Source: Calditrichales bacterium (GTDB lineage: Bacteria; Calditrichota; Calditrichia; Calditrichales; J004). Taken from it: a stretch of DNA of 64,000 nt. Positions 15,861-25,904 of this stretch are shown one piece after another. The notes beneath the pieces are model-generated. The model was given only the letters and a program-made list of their open reading frames with translations, did no database searches and was not told the origin of the DNA. Made by a program: the position numbers and the translations under genes. How positions within the stretch are numbered: the first letter of the stretch is position 1; each line of letters begins with the position of its first letter. The stretch covers positions 38,568 to 102,567 of the forward strand of contig WGCN01000023.1 of NCBI GenBank assembly GCA_015493745.1, in the 5' to 3' direction.

Positions 15861-17834
15861 TTACTTATCCAGTATGCAGCGCACCTTGTTGAGTAAATCC
15901 GATGGCGAAAACGGTTTTTGGATAAATTCGGTATTGGGGTTTAATATACCCTGATCATCAATGGCGTTGTCGGTATAGCCGGACATATAGAGTACTTTTA
16001 CATTCGCACGCATATTGGGCAAGTTCTCAATCAACTTCCTGCCTCCCATCTCGGGCATAACCACATCGGTTAATATCAGGTCTATTTTATCACCATGCTC
16101 CTTGAAAACTTCCGTTGCCTGCACCCCATTTAAAGCATAAAGAATATTGTAACCGTATGTCTCCAACATTTCGCATACGAGTTCCCTTACGGCTTCTTCA
16201 TCTTCAACAACCAAAATGGTTTCATGGCCATGCATATTTTTTTCCGTGTTTGGGCCGGGTGTGGAAGAGATGTTTCTATCAATGTCTTCTTCCGCGTGCA
16301 TAGGAAAATATATGTAAAAGGTTGTCCCCATTTCAAGCGTACTTTCCAGGGTAATGCCGCCATCACTCTGTTTTACTATGCCGTATACCGTGGAAAGTCC
16401 CAGACCGGTTCCCTTATCCTTGGGTTTGGTAGTAAAGAAAGGATCAAAAATTTTATTCTTTGTATCCTCATTCATTCCGGTACCTGTATCCTGAACCGAG
16501 AGGCCGACATATTGCTGATTATAATCTTTCAACTCCAGGGTAGAGCACTTTAGTTCTTCTTTTTCGGCAATGAACGTACTGATGGTTAAGTCGCCCCCCT
16601 CGGGCATGGCGTCACGGGCATTGACACACAGGTTCATTACAACCTGCCCGATTTGATGCTGATCCGCTAAAATAAATAAAGGAGCATCATGTAATTCGAT
16701 ACGCAGGTTAATATTTTCACCGATCAGACTGGAGAGCATTTTATAAAGGTCATGGATGAGGTCGTTCAGATCAAAAAGCTCGGGTTTTAGTATCTGCTTG
16801 CGGCTATACGCCAATAATTGTCCGGTGAGAGCGGAGGCCCGTTTGGCGGCCTTGTCAATCTCCTGGGCCGCCCGCACCATCGGTGTACCGGCAAGATGCG
16901 ATATCAGTCTGTCCGTATACCCGCTGATGACGATTAAAAGATTATTAAAATCATGAGCGACCCCTCCGGCTAACTGCCCGATGGCTTCCATTTTATGGGC
17001 CTGTTGGAGCTGGGCTTCCAGATTCTTGTTTTCGGTAATATCTTTGCCGACACAGATGATCAAGAAGGGCTGATCCTTGTCATCCTTGATGTTGGATGTT
17101 GATACATAGTATGGAAAAGGACTACCATCCCGTTTTGTACAGCTTATTTCACCTTGCCAGTTATGATTTATACTCTCCGGAATAATCACCTCTTTAAATA
17201 CATTCGGATTGTCCTCATGGCAAAGATCATTGATGTTAGAACTGTTAAGGCTGTTAAGGGGATAGTTGAAAATATTATAAAACGCTTCATTGGCAAAGAT
17301 AATTTTTCCGTCCAGATCAATGATTGAAAGTCCTTCTCCAATGCTCATCATGGCATGGGCCAGCAGGCTCATTTCTATTTCATTGCGTTTTTCCGCGGTG
17401 ATGTCTTGCATACGAACAATAAAAAAGGTTTCCTCATCAATACGCGTGGCCGTGATATGAATTTCAAGCAAAACCCGTTTCTGACGATTGTCGGACAGGC
17501 TTAACTGCAAAGACTGTGTCGATTTATTTTCGGTAAGGCTGGTGAGCTGAAGCTGGTTCATGACACCAAGTACTTCACTCCGGTTGGGCTCCTCAAACAG
17601 GGTTTCAATGGTATCACCGGGTTGCGGAGGTTTGGCAAACATGTCGTGCGTTAAAGTATTACACAATAGCAGAACTCCCTGGTAATCCAGTAACATCATC
17701 CCGTCCGGAGACTGGTTGAACACAGCTTCGAGTAATTGATTTATTTTTTGAGAAAGCTTTTTTACTTGGGAGGATAAATAGCTGTCTTCTTCGATCATGT
17801 CTGCATTCGAGTTTTTCATAACATCCTTATTCAA
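15861..17834 (-). CDS. Hybrid sensor histidine kinase (PAS x2-3, HisKA, HATPase, C-terminal receiver)
   Basis: 657 aa. H-box GGVAHDFNNLL; N-box NLCVNARDAMPEGG; G1 VQDTGTGM; G2 GTGLGLSTVYG. Receiver: ILVVEDEEAV ... DLILTDVVMPEMGG ... QKPF. Confidence 0.85.
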   Translation of the reverse strand: MNKDVMKNSNADMIEEDSYLSSQVKKLSQKINQLLEAVFNQSPDGMMLLDYQGVLLLCNTLTHDMFAKPPQPGDTIETLFEEPNRSEVLGVMNQLQLTSLTENKSTQSLQLSLSDNRQKRVLLEIHITATRIDEETFFIVRMQDITAEKRNEIEMSLLAHAMMSIGEGLSIIDLDGKIIFANEAFYNIFNYPLNSLNSSNINDLCHEDNPNVFKEVIIPESINHNWQGEISCTKRDGSPFPYYVSTSNIKDDKDQPFLIICVGKDITENKNLEAQLQQAHKMEAIGQLAGGVAHDFNNLLIVISGYTDRLISHLAGTPMVRAAQEIDKAAKRASALTGQLLAYSRKQILKPELFDLNDLIHDLYKMLSSLIGENINLRIELHDAPLFILADQHQIGQVVMNLCVNARDAMPEGGDLTISTFIAEKEELKCSTLELKDYNQQYVGLSVQDTGTGMNEDTKNKIFDPFFTTKPKDKGTGLGLSTVYGIVKQSDGGITLESTLEMGTTFYIYFPMHAEEDIDRNISSTPGPNTEKNMHGHETILVVEDEEAVRELVCEMLETYGYNILYALNGVQATEVFKEHGDKIDLILTDVVMPEMGGRKLIENLPNMRANVKVLYMSGYTDNAIDDQGILNPNTEFIQKPFSPSDLLNKVRCILDK

Positions 17835-17935
17835 TTCGAAAAGCCGTTTTTAGTTGATTAGACTAATCATTTGTGATTCACTTTCGACTTAGACATTATA
17901 TATCTTAAGGTTCACCGGGAGATTGGCAAATAATT

Positions 17936-19534
17936 ATGATTCGTGTGAAAAATGGTCTGTTTATCATATTTTTCCTGTTTATTTCCGTGGCCGGTGCTCA
18001 AACCGGTGCCTTGTCCGTTTCCGGTACGGATTCAGCAAAAACAGCTCTGAAAAACGGCTTATCCGCTATGTTGATGCTGATGAAAAACGGGAAAAAGGAT
18101 CAGGCTTTTTTATGGTTTAAGCAACACTACTATCAACTACATCAATATCGCCTGTTACAGGATTCCCTGCTGAAGGCACTATATGTACAACCCATACCGT
18201 CCGATTCCTTTTCCGCTCCGGTGGCGGCTGAGACAGATTCGGTGAAAATTCGCCAGGCTATTCGCCGCCAGATAAGATCCCTGGCGGCGGCCCTGGAGGT
18301 AAAACCGGCCACGGTGGTACCGGATAGCTTCATTCATAACATTGAACGCTATATCCATCTTTATCGAAAGAACAAGACCTACCATGACTATTTTGAAAGG
18401 GTGGTCGTAAAATCGCGGAAGTTCATTCCCGCTTTTAGTCCCCTGTTTACCCGCTATGGTTTTCCCGAGGAGCTGATCTATTTTATAGCGGTTGAGTCGG
18501 CGTTCAATCCCAATGCCATTAGCAAAGCCGGGGCCGCGGGTATGTTTCAATTTATGCCGGCCACCGCTCGCGAATATGGGCTCACGGTTACGGAAGACAG
18601 GGATGAACGTTTTTGGGTTATGAAGTCGGCCCGGGCCTCGGCGGAGTATCTCAAGGATCTGTTTTTAGAGTTGGGGGATATAAATCTGGCTTTTGCAGCC
18701 TATAATACCGGCCCCAATAAAATACGGCGTGTACTGAAAAAGTTAAGCACTATCCGTCACCGAACCTATTGGCAACTTATTTCCGGAAGTGAGGATTTGA
18801 AATCCGAAACCAAAGAGTATCTGCCTCAGATATATGCAGTGATGACCCTGGCCAACCCCGAAAACGCCGCTTCTTTTGGCTTTCCGGATATCCCTTTTGT
18901 TGACACCACCTCCGCCAAACGGTTCAGGGTAAGAAATTTCCAGGTATTAAACCGGATAGTTAACAGCGTTCAGGGCGCAGAGGAGCAGCTTCTAAAGCTT
19001 AATCCGGAGCTGTCATCAATCGATCAAATCCGTCAAAATAACTATCAGGACTACCCCTTGTTTGTACCCGGGAATATGAATGTGCCCACTGAAACGGAAG
19101 GTGATGCCCCCCCGGTGGCCGAAAAAAAGAAAGAGATTGTTAAAAAGAAAAAGAAAAAAAAGATACACCCGGGCTTTGATCCCGGACGGGTTGTGGCCAA
19201 AGAGATATATCACCCGGGAGACACCTTGATCTACAGGGTGCAGCGGGGGAATACCCTGTCTATGTTAGCACGTATGTTTCAGGTGCGGGAAACCCGAATA
19301 AAAAAAATTAATGGCATGAAGTTTAAGTCCCTGCGCAAGGGAACCCTTTTAAAAATTCCTGTCAACGTACCGCTGGAAGTGCTGCATTATCAGATGCCCC
19401 GTAGCGAGCGCTATATCCGGTTGGCGGAACGGTTTGGTGTGAGTGCTTTCGACTTAAAGCATATCAACCGAAATAAGAGTGCCACCCTGGCGGCGGGGGA
19501 TACGGTGCTGGTGATTCGTCCCTATAAACCCTGA
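17936..19534 (+). CDS. Lytic murein transglycosylase with LysM repeats (MltD-like)
   Basis: Signal peptide MIRVKNGLFIIFFLFISVAGAQ. SLT core IAVESAFNPNAISKAGAAGMFQFMPATAREYGL and AYNTGPN. Lys-rich linker, then two C-terminal LysM-like repeats. Confidence 0.8.
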   Translation: MIRVKNGLFIIFFLFISVAGAQTGALSVSGTDSAKTALKNGLSAMLMLMKNGKKDQAFLWFKQHYYQLHQYRLLQDSLLKALYVQPIPSDSFSAPVAAETDSVKIRQAIRRQIRSLAAALEVKPATVVPDSFIHNIERYIHLYRKNKTYHDYFERVVVKSRKFIPAFSPLFTRYGFPEELIYFIAVESAFNPNAISKAGAAGMFQFMPATAREYGLTVTEDRDERFWVMKSARASAEYLKDLFLELGDINLAFAAYNTGPNKIRRVLKKLSTIRHRTYWQLISGSEDLKSETKEYLPQIYAVMTLANPENAASFGFPDIPFVDTTSAKRFRVRNFQVLNRIVNSVQGAEEQLLKLNPELSSIDQIRQNNYQDYPLFVPGNMNVPTETEGDAPPVAEKKKEIVKKKKKKKIHPGFDPGRVVAKEIYHPGDTLIYRVQRGNTLSMLARMFQVRETRIKKINGMKFKSLRKGTLLKIPVNVPLEVLHYQMPRSERYIRLAERFGVSAFDLKHINRNKSATLAAGDTVLVIRPYKP

Positions 19535-19775
19535 ACCGGATGGTGAAATATCAACATATTTTAATATTGTGGCCAAATTTCACATACTTTATTTAAGTAA
19601 TCTTGCCAATATTTCTCATAAGTCTAATAGATACAATGACATATGAAAAATTAAAAAATATTTAAAATCGACTTAAGAAGCCGGGGCACCCTACGACCAA
19701 TGAAGTAAAGCAAAGAAAACGAAATAACATTCGTTAGTAGTTTTAACCTTAATTAACCTAAACAAGGAGGTTAAC

Positions 19776-20597
19776 ATGGCAGTAGGATTAACCCGCGTTG
19801 CATCGAACATTCAGGCTATGCAGTCACTGTACAACCTGAATAAGACAAACGCCAACATTGCCGATCGTCAAATGCGTCTTTCCAGTGGTAAGCGTATCAA
19901 CTCTCCCGGCGATGATCCTGCCGGTTATCAGCTTTCCCGTGGTTTGGAAACACGTCGTCGCGGTTTGGAAACCGCTCTGGACAACGTGTCCAATGCCCAG
20001 GCTATTTTGAACATCGCCGATGGCGGTTACCAAAATATCATGGACATTCTGCAAACCATGAAGCAGAAAGCCACCCAGGCAGCGGATGGTAGTTTGAGTA
20101 GTACGCAGCGTACCGCCATTAACGACCAGTTTGTCGCATTACGTTCCGAGGTGGATCAGATTGTTACCGAGACCACCTTTAACGATACCGCTCTGATCGA
20201 CGGTACTTTCAGCGTCTCTTTCCAGACGGGTGAAAATGCATCCGAAACCCTGTCCGTGGCTTTGAGCAGTGCCACTTCCACAGGCCTGGGCATTAACGAC
20301 CTGGCTATGAGCACGCAGGCCAGCGCCTCCGCTGCCATCACCGCTTTGGACACCGCTATTAACACCCTGGCCAGCCGGGCGCAGGATGTGGGTGAATACA
20401 AGTCGCGCCTCTCCGCGAAGGAAAATACCCTGGGTATTGCCATCACCAATACGGAGAACGTCCGAAGTACAATAGAAGATGCGGACTTTGCCAAGGAACA
20501 GATGGAAGTTCTGAAAGCACAGATCATGCAGCAAACCGCGGTAGCGTCACTGTCACAAGCGAACTCCGCCCCGCAGTTGGTTCTCTCGCTCTTCTAA
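19776..20597 (+). CDS. fliC: Flagellin
   Basis: 273 aa. N-terminus SNIQAMQSLYNLNKTNANIADRQMRLSSGKRINSPGDDPAG; C-terminus MQQTAVASLSQANSAPQLVLSLF. Strong AAGGAGG RBS. Confidence 0.9.
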   Translation: MAVGLTRVASNIQAMQSLYNLNKTNANIADRQMRLSSGKRINSPGDDPAGYQLSRGLETRRRGLETALDNVSNAQAILNIADGGYQNIMDILQTMKQKATQAADGSLSSTQRTAINDQFVALRSEVDQIVTETTFNDTALIDGTFSVSFQTGENASETLSVALSSATSTGLGINDLAMSTQASASAAITALDTAINTLASRAQDVGEYKSRLSAKENTLGIAITNTENVRSTIEDADFAKEQMEVLKAQIMQQTAVASLSQANSAPQLVLSLF

Positions 20598-20626
20598 CGG
20601 AACGGATAGACAAGAATACCAAAACA

Positions 20627-20655
20627 GGTAGGGGAGTGAGCTCCCCTGCCTTTTT
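20627..20655 (+). terminator. Rho-independent terminator after fliC
   Basis: 10-bp stem ggtaggggag/ctcccctgcc, loop tgag, then ttttt. Confidence 0.8.
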
Positions 20656-20676
20656 GCAATAAAACAGGAGATGAAG

Positions 20677-21006
20677 ATGTACGCAGCAACACTCGAAAAA
20701 AAAGTTCAACGGAAACCGAATCCTTATCTTACGCAAAAGATCATGTCCGCCAGCCCTCAGCAATTGATTTCCTATGTGTATGATGCCGGTGTGAGCGCCT
20801 GCGCTCAACAGGACCGGGACCGTGCTTTACGTGTTGTACAGGTACTCATCAACTCCTTAAACTTTGATTACAAAGAAATCAGCACCAGTTTTTATAATAT
20901 TTACCGATATATTAATAATTCTTTGTCCACGGGCGATTTTGCCGAGGCAAAGAAATATTTTGAAGACCTTAAAACCATCTGGTCGGAAAATATGAATGTA
21001 GTCTAA
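20677..21006 (+). CDS. fliS: Flagellar export chaperone FliS
   Basis: NPYLTQKIMSASPQQLISYVYD and LINSLNFDYKEISTSFYNIYRYI follow the FliS pattern. The second ATG was chosen for its spacing to AGGAG; 20671 is also possible. Confidence 0.8.
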   Translation: MYAATLEKKVQRKPNPYLTQKIMSASPQQLISYVYDAGVSACAQQDRDRALRVVQVLINSLNFDYKEISTSFYNIYRYINNSLSTGDFAEAKKYFEDLKTIWSENMNVV

Positions 21007-21024
21007 CAACCATAGGGTAACATC

Positions 21025-22509
21025 ATGGATGTGACATCGTTATTTGCCAATCAGGGGTCGGTTCAATATCTGGTAGACCAGTTTATGCGCTTCGAGCAGG
21101 AGCCGTTACAGATTCTGACAGGCAAGAAGAGTAAACTCAACTCCACCAACCAGCTTCTTTCCGATTTGGATTCGAAGCTTTCGGCGTTACAGGCGAGAAC
21201 CAAGCGCATGACCGATACGTTTACCGATTATTTTGCCGCGCGCACGGCTCTCTCTTCCAATACGGATGTATTGAATGCCAGCGCGACTTCCGCCGCAAAG
21301 GTGGGAACGCATTCCATAACCGTGGATCGCCTGGCCAGCGCCGATACGCGGGTTTCTCAACAATACGACAGCACGGCCTCCGGCTTTACATCCTATACCA
21401 CGGATCAAACATTTACCATTGAAGTGGCCAGTCCCACCGATGCCGACCCCAATAACCGGGTTAGCATCAGTGTAACCGTGGCGGCCAGTGCCTTTACCGG
21501 AGACAATGAAAGCGTGCTTAAGGCCATCAGCACCGCCGTGGATTCGGCCATGGATGACGCGGTGGCCAATGATGTTATAAAAAACGAAGAACGTGTGAAC
21601 GCCTCCGTGGTCAGTGAGGAAAACGGAAAATCCCGCCTGCAGTTTATCAGCGCCAACAGCGGTTATACCTACCGCATGGATTTTGGTGCCAGCACCCTGT
21701 TGGACGACTTACAGATTAACGCCGGCGTTCAGGCTTCGGGCACGGCGGGCGGCTATATGTATACGGTGGGCACCAGTGCCTCCACATCCGAGCTGAACTC
21801 TAAGTTTACCCTGGACGGGCTGACTTATTACCGGGACAGCTCCAATGTTGATGATGCCCTTCAGGGTCTGACCCTGAATCTGAAAAATATTTTCGCCTCG
21901 GAGGAAACGGTAACCGTATCCACCGACTATGAAGCGGTAAAGGGCGAGGTGCAGGGCTTTATTGATGCCTTTAATGAATCGATAAATTTTCTGCGAAAAG
22001 AAACACAATATAATGCCGGTACCGAATCCCGCGGCGCCCTGGCGGATGATCTCAAGTACCGAACCATTTCGCTGGATCTGCGTGATATTGTTTCCAGCGA
22101 GGTGACCGATATAACCTATAGCGAATACAATCTGCTGTATGATATCGGGTTGGAGATGGATCAGCAGGGTAAACTTTCCATCAAAGATGAAGATAAATTT
22201 AAAACCGCGGTTGAAACAAATTCGGAATATGTATCCGACCTTTTTAACGGTTCGGACGGTATCGCCACCCGAATAAATGATTATCTGGAAGGCTATATAA
22301 AAAGCGGTGGAACCATTTCACAAAGCAAGAAAAACATATCCAACCAAATTTCAACATTGGATACGCGAATTGATCTGGAAAATACCTTATTGGATCAAAA
22401 AAGGAATCAGTTGACAAAAGAGTTTGTCGATCTACAAGCCGCAATGAGCCGGGTGCAGAATCAACAGCAATTTTTCAGCATGTTTTCCGCCAGTAATTTT
22501 GGCTTTTAG
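21025..22509 (+). CDS. fliD: Flagellar filament cap protein FliD (HAP2)
   Basis: 494 aa. N-terminal VDQFMRFEQEPLQILTGKKSKL...LSALQ; C-terminal coiled coil LDQKRNQLTKEFVDLQAAMSRVQNQ. Confidence 0.85.
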   Translation: MDVTSLFANQGSVQYLVDQFMRFEQEPLQILTGKKSKLNSTNQLLSDLDSKLSALQARTKRMTDTFTDYFAARTALSSNTDVLNASATSAAKVGTHSITVDRLASADTRVSQQYDSTASGFTSYTTDQTFTIEVASPTDADPNNRVSISVTVAASAFTGDNESVLKAISTAVDSAMDDAVANDVIKNEERVNASVVSEENGKSRLQFISANSGYTYRMDFGASTLLDDLQINAGVQASGTAGGYMYTVGTSASTSELNSKFTLDGLTYYRDSSNVDDALQGLTLNLKNIFASEETVTVSTDYEAVKGEVQGFIDAFNESINFLRKETQYNAGTESRGALADDLKYRTISLDLRDIVSSEVTDITYSEYNLLYDIGLEMDQQGKLSIKDEDKFKTAVETNSEYVSDLFNGSDGIATRINDYLEGYIKSGGTISQSKKNISNQISTLDTRIDLENTLLDQKRNQLTKEFVDLQAAMSRVQNQQQFFSMFSASNFGF

Positions 22510-22518
22510 GAGGAAATT

Positions 22519-22887
22519 ATGAGTAATTTTATCATAAACGATGTCGTACCGGCACCTCCGACCGTGGAAGCGGTGGGGAAAATAGAACAAAGTGCCAAAG
22601 TTAAAGCGGAAGTAAAAAAAGAGAGTCAGGCCCGTTCCGATACGGACTCCGGTGGTGCAAAAAAAGAAAACAATCTGGAAGAGATCATCAGCCGCACCAA
22701 TAAGGTGGCTTCCGCCTATAATAACCAGATCTCATTTGAGATCGCGGAACAGGGCGACCCGCCGGTGGTGGTGATCAAGGATAAGGAAAGCGGGGAGGTC
22801 ATTCGCCAGATTCCCGCCGAGGAGATGGTGAACCTGAACCGTAAAATGCGGGATTTGGTCGGTATGATGTTTAACGGGAGGATATAA
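22519..22887 (+). CDS. flaG: FlaG family protein
   Basis: 122 aa. C-terminal PPVVVIKDKESGEVIRQIPAEEMVNLNRKMRDLVG is the FlaG signature. AGGAGG RBS. Confidence 0.75.
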   Translation: MSNFIINDVVPAPPTVEAVGKIEQSAKVKAEVKKESQARSDTDSGGAKKENNLEEIISRTNKVASAYNNQISFEIAEQGDPPVVVIKDKESGEVIRQIPAEEMVNLNRKMRDLVGMMFNGRI

Positions 22888-22889
22888 AC

Positions 22890-23321
22890 GTGTTCCAAAA
22901 AGATACTCAAAAACCAAAAAGTCTGGAACATGTGTTGCAAACGGAGCTGGACTACTTTAATTCCGTTCTGACTATTTCACAAAAAGTGGCCGGCCAGGTG
23001 GAAAAACTACCGGTAAAGGTTCTTTCCGAAATGGTGGATTACCGGAAAGAGTGGATCGAGAAGATTCAGGAACTGGAAGTGCAGCGTAAAGATTTCGCCC
23101 GCTCCGCTGTTAGTGATAACAGCCGGAAGTTGATGAAGCAGATTTCCAATATTGCCGGTCAACTGGTTGAGATCGATGATAAAATATATAAAAATCTGGA
23201 ACGCCGTAAGCTGGCCTATGTGGAACAGTCCGCGGCGGTGGCCGGCAAAAGCGACTATGCCCGGAAAGCGGAAATCCAGGTGAAAAATACCATTAATCGA
23301 ATAAACATAATTCAGGAGTAG
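22890..23321 (+). CDS. Hypothetical flagellar-locus protein (possible FlgN/FliT-type chaperone)
   Basis: 143 aa with a GTG start 8 nt after GGAGG. Predicted all-helical, coiled-coil-like sequence. Sits between flaG and flgM. No diagnostic motif recognised. Confidence 0.45.
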   Translation: MFQKDTQKPKSLEHVLQTELDYFNSVLTISQKVAGQVEKLPVKVLSEMVDYRKEWIEKIQELEVQRKDFARSAVSDNSRKLMKQISNIAGQLVEIDDKIYKNLERRKLAYVEQSAAVAGKSDYARKAEIQVKNTINRINIIQE

Positions 23322-23325
23322 GAAA

Positions 23326-23682
23326 ATGGGTCCCATTCGAAATTTATTTTCAACATCTCCTGATCTAAAACGAACGGATTCGGGAAAAAAGGCCGGGAAG
23401 GCAGAGTCTTCGTATCAGAAGAATGATGCTTTGAACAAAGTGGCCGGAAATGGTGCGGGAAAGTCGGATCAGGTGGAAATCTCAACGGAAGGACGTCAGC
23501 TTTTATCTTTAAAGGCGGAAGCGCAAAAATATATTTCCGATGTGAAAAACAGCCGGGCCGTAACCGCCCAGGAACTGGAAGGCATCAAGGAAAAGATCGC
23601 CTCAAAACATTATTTTAATGATGAGGTCATTGAAAAAGTAGTGGATAAGATGATGAATATTTCCGGTAACTTCGGTGAATAG
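23326..23682 (+). CDS. flgM: Anti-sigma-28 factor FlgM
   Basis: 118 aa. Disordered N-terminus, DQVEISTEGRQL, and C-terminal helix LEGIKEKIASKHYFNDEVIEKVVDKMM, typical of FlgM. Confidence 0.7.
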   Translation: MGPIRNLFSTSPDLKRTDSGKKAGKAESSYQKNDALNKVAGNGAGKSDQVEISTEGRQLLSLKAEAQKYISDVKNSRAVTAQELEGIKEKIASKHYFNDEVIEKVVDKMMNISGNFGE

Positions 23683-25212
23683 TCAGACATGATCCGGTAA
23701 AACGTAGGCGTTATCCAGAATAGCGCGTACGGTTTCCAACAGTTCTTCGGACTGGAAGGGTTTTTGCAGGAAAGGAACACCCGGTTCGAGGCGGTTTGTA
23801 TAGGCGCTGATCAATAAAAATTTTAGTCCGGGTGCCTGTTTTTCCAGTATAAGCTTTAACTCGATTCCCCCAATCTCCGGCATAACAACATCCGATATCA
23901 CCAGATCGATTTCTTTGTTACGGGTTTCAAAAACATCCAGGGCTTTGGCCCCATTGTGTGCGATATATACCTTATAACCGTAAAGCTCCAGACTCTCCTT
24001 TAAAAATATAATAAGATCCGCCTCATCTTCCACCAGCAGAATGGTTTCCGAGCCATGCAGTTTTTTTTGGGCCGGTTTTACACGGTTCTTCCTTTTGGGC
24101 TCGGCATAGAAAGGAAAATACATATCAAAGGTTGTTCCTTCGCCCAGGCGGCTGGTACACTCAATGAAACTGTTATGTTGCTTTAACAGGCCGTAGACAA
24201 TGGACAAACCCAGGCCGGTACCGTAGCCCACATCTTTTGTGGTATAAAAGGGTTCAAAGATTCTTTTTAAAACATCTTCCGGAATGCCCATTCCCGTATC
24301 GCGAATGGAAAGGTGTATATAGCGTCCCGGCGTTATCAATCCCGAGGGAGTCAACCGTTCCCGGTCGACCGTTATGTTGGCCGTTTTTATGATCAGCGTG
24401 CCACCGTCGGGCATGGCGTCCCGGGCATTGATGCACATATTGGTAATAATTTGATCCAGGGCGCTGGGATCGATTTTTATAATGTTAAGATTCTTCTGTG
24501 TTTCGATGATAAACCGTATATCTTCGCCCAGATAGCGTTCCAGCAGCTTTTGGTTGCTGCGGATAATTTTATTGATGTCGGTTTCCTTGGTCGTCAGCCG
24601 CTGATTGCGGCTAAAGGCCACCAGCTGCCGCACCATATTGGCCGTGTTGTTGGCCTTTTGGTAAATGGTTTTAATGGAAGAGACCGCCTTGTGATCCTCG
24701 GGAAGTTTACGCAGGGTAAGCTCGGCCAAACCGCTGATACCGGCCAGCACATTGTTGAAGTCATGGGCGATGCCTCCGGCCAGTTGCCCCACCGCTTCCA
24801 GCTTTTCAATTTGTGACAGTTTGTTCTCCAGTTGCTGGTGCGCGCGTGTATCCTTACCGAAGATGAGCAATACTTCCTGACCGTTATAGCGGCCGGTGGA
24901 ACAGGTTGATTTTAAGGGAATTTCCTTTCCATCGCTGGCACGGATGTTCAGTGTTAATTCAAAGGGCTCTTCTTGCTTGTCCAGAAACAGATTCAATTCA
25001 CGATAAGAGTTGTGATCCAAAAGTTGCGAAATATCCTTTTCCATCATCTCCCGCAGGGGGTAACCTAAAAGAGACAAGGCTCCCTGACTCATATTTTGTA
25101 TATGAGTAGGCATGTTCATATCGCTTAGCTTAATGATAAGCAGAGCGTCGGAAGTGTATTTTAATATCTGGTATAATACGGTATCGTGACCGTTGTTTGG
25201 CTTTTCTGTCAT
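23683..25212 (-). CDS. Hybrid sensor histidine kinase (PAS, HisKA, HATPase, receiver)
   Basis: 509 aa. GGIAHDFNNVL; NMCINARDAMPDGG; IRDTGMGI; GTGLGLSIVYG. Receiver: ILLVEDEADL...DLVISDVVMPEIGG...QKPF. Confidence 0.85.
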   Translation of the reverse strand: MTEKPNNGHDTVLYQILKYTSDALLIIKLSDMNMPTHIQNMSQGALSLLGYPLREMMEKDISQLLDHNSYRELNLFLDKQEEPFELTLNIRASDGKEIPLKSTCSTGRYNGQEVLLIFGKDTRAHQQLENKLSQIEKLEAVGQLAGGIAHDFNNVLAGISGLAELTLRKLPEDHKAVSSIKTIYQKANNTANMVRQLVAFSRNQRLTTKETDINKIIRSNQKLLERYLGEDIRFIIETQKNLNIIKIDPSALDQIITNMCINARDAMPDGGTLIIKTANITVDRERLTPSGLITPGRYIHLSIRDTGMGIPEDVLKRIFEPFYTTKDVGYGTGLGLSIVYGLLKQHNSFIECTSRLGEGTTFDMYFPFYAEPKRKNRVKPAQKKLHGSETILLVEDEADLIIFLKESLELYGYKVYIAHNGAKALDVFETRNKEIDLVISDVVMPEIGGIELKLILEKQAPGLKFLLISAYTNRLEPGVPFLQKPFQSEELLETVRAILDNAYVLPDHV

Positions 25213-25419
25213 TATACTTTTGTTATTAGTGGAATTCGCTTTTACTCATCGCATCTATCGGCAGGCCGGAATAAACAATTAGCCGGGCGGGCAATGAAAG
25301 AAGAATTCCCGGTAATTTTATCCTTAAAACGGACTAAAATGGTATTTTTTTCGTTCTGATTTGAGTGATAGCCAAAAAAGCCGATGATGTGTGTTCTGAA
25401 ATAATAACCATAGAAGACA

Positions 25420-25902
25420 ATGCGACACATATTAATCATAGATCGTGATTCTACAACACTGAACGACATCTCCCGCCTGGTAACGGCTCTTAATTTTGAA
25501 CCGGTTGTTCTTTTTAATCTGAATTCCCAGAACAACATCATTCGTGATGAAATTGCCGTCATTTTTATGGATATCGAAACCAGAATATCCAGTCCTAAAG
25601 ATGTTATAAACTATTTTAACTCCGCCAGTAAAGTGAAAAACGGTCACCGTATTCCGGTGGTTTTTATGTATTCCAATGTGGATTCCAAGCTGGTCAAAGA
25701 GGCGCGTGAGTTACCGCATGATGCCGAGTTGAAAAAGCCCTTTACCCTCGAGAAGTTGTTTGAACTTTTGGAAAAACAACTGGACCTGGGCTCGATTGAA
25801 TATGAGCAGTTTACCAATGAATATCGTCTGAAAGAGATGAAGGATTATGCGGAAACCATGGAAAACTGGCTTGAAAAATTTGGCTCTATACTGGAAAGTT
25901 AA
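25420..25902 (+). CDS. Receiver-domain-like protein (divergent CheY-like) with a C-terminal helical extension
   Basis: 160 aa. ILIIDRDS, VIFMDIE, ELKKPF lie at the expected acidic-pocket, phospho-Asp and Lys positions. Confidence 0.55.
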   Translation: MRHILIIDRDSTTLNDISRLVTALNFEPVVLFNLNSQNNIIRDEIAVIFMDIETRISSPKDVINYFNSASKVKNGHRIPVVFMYSNVDSKLVKEARELPHDAELKKPFTLEKLFELLEKQLDLGSIEYEQFTNEYRLKEMKDYAETMENWLEKFGSILES

Positions 25903-25904
25903 TC

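Noticed and set aside
19125-19165. A-rich tract (aaaaagaaagagattgttaaaaagaaaaagaaaaaaaag) as a slippage or phase-variation site
   Set aside because: It encodes an in-frame Lys-rich linker (KKKEIVKKKKKKK) of the MltD-like protein. The longest homopolymer is ~8 nt, and there is no evidence of a frameshift.
19535-19775. Sigma-54 promoter at ggggcaccctacgacc upstream of fliC
   Set aside because: The -24-like GGCAC is present, but there is no TGC/TTGC at the -12 position.
23680-23686. Convergent genes abutting with 0-4 nt and no terminator (flgM/kinase at 23682/23683; HEAT-REC/RR at 58699/58704)
   Set aside because: This is real in the sequence and could cause transcriptional interference, but nothing specific can be inferred without transcript data.
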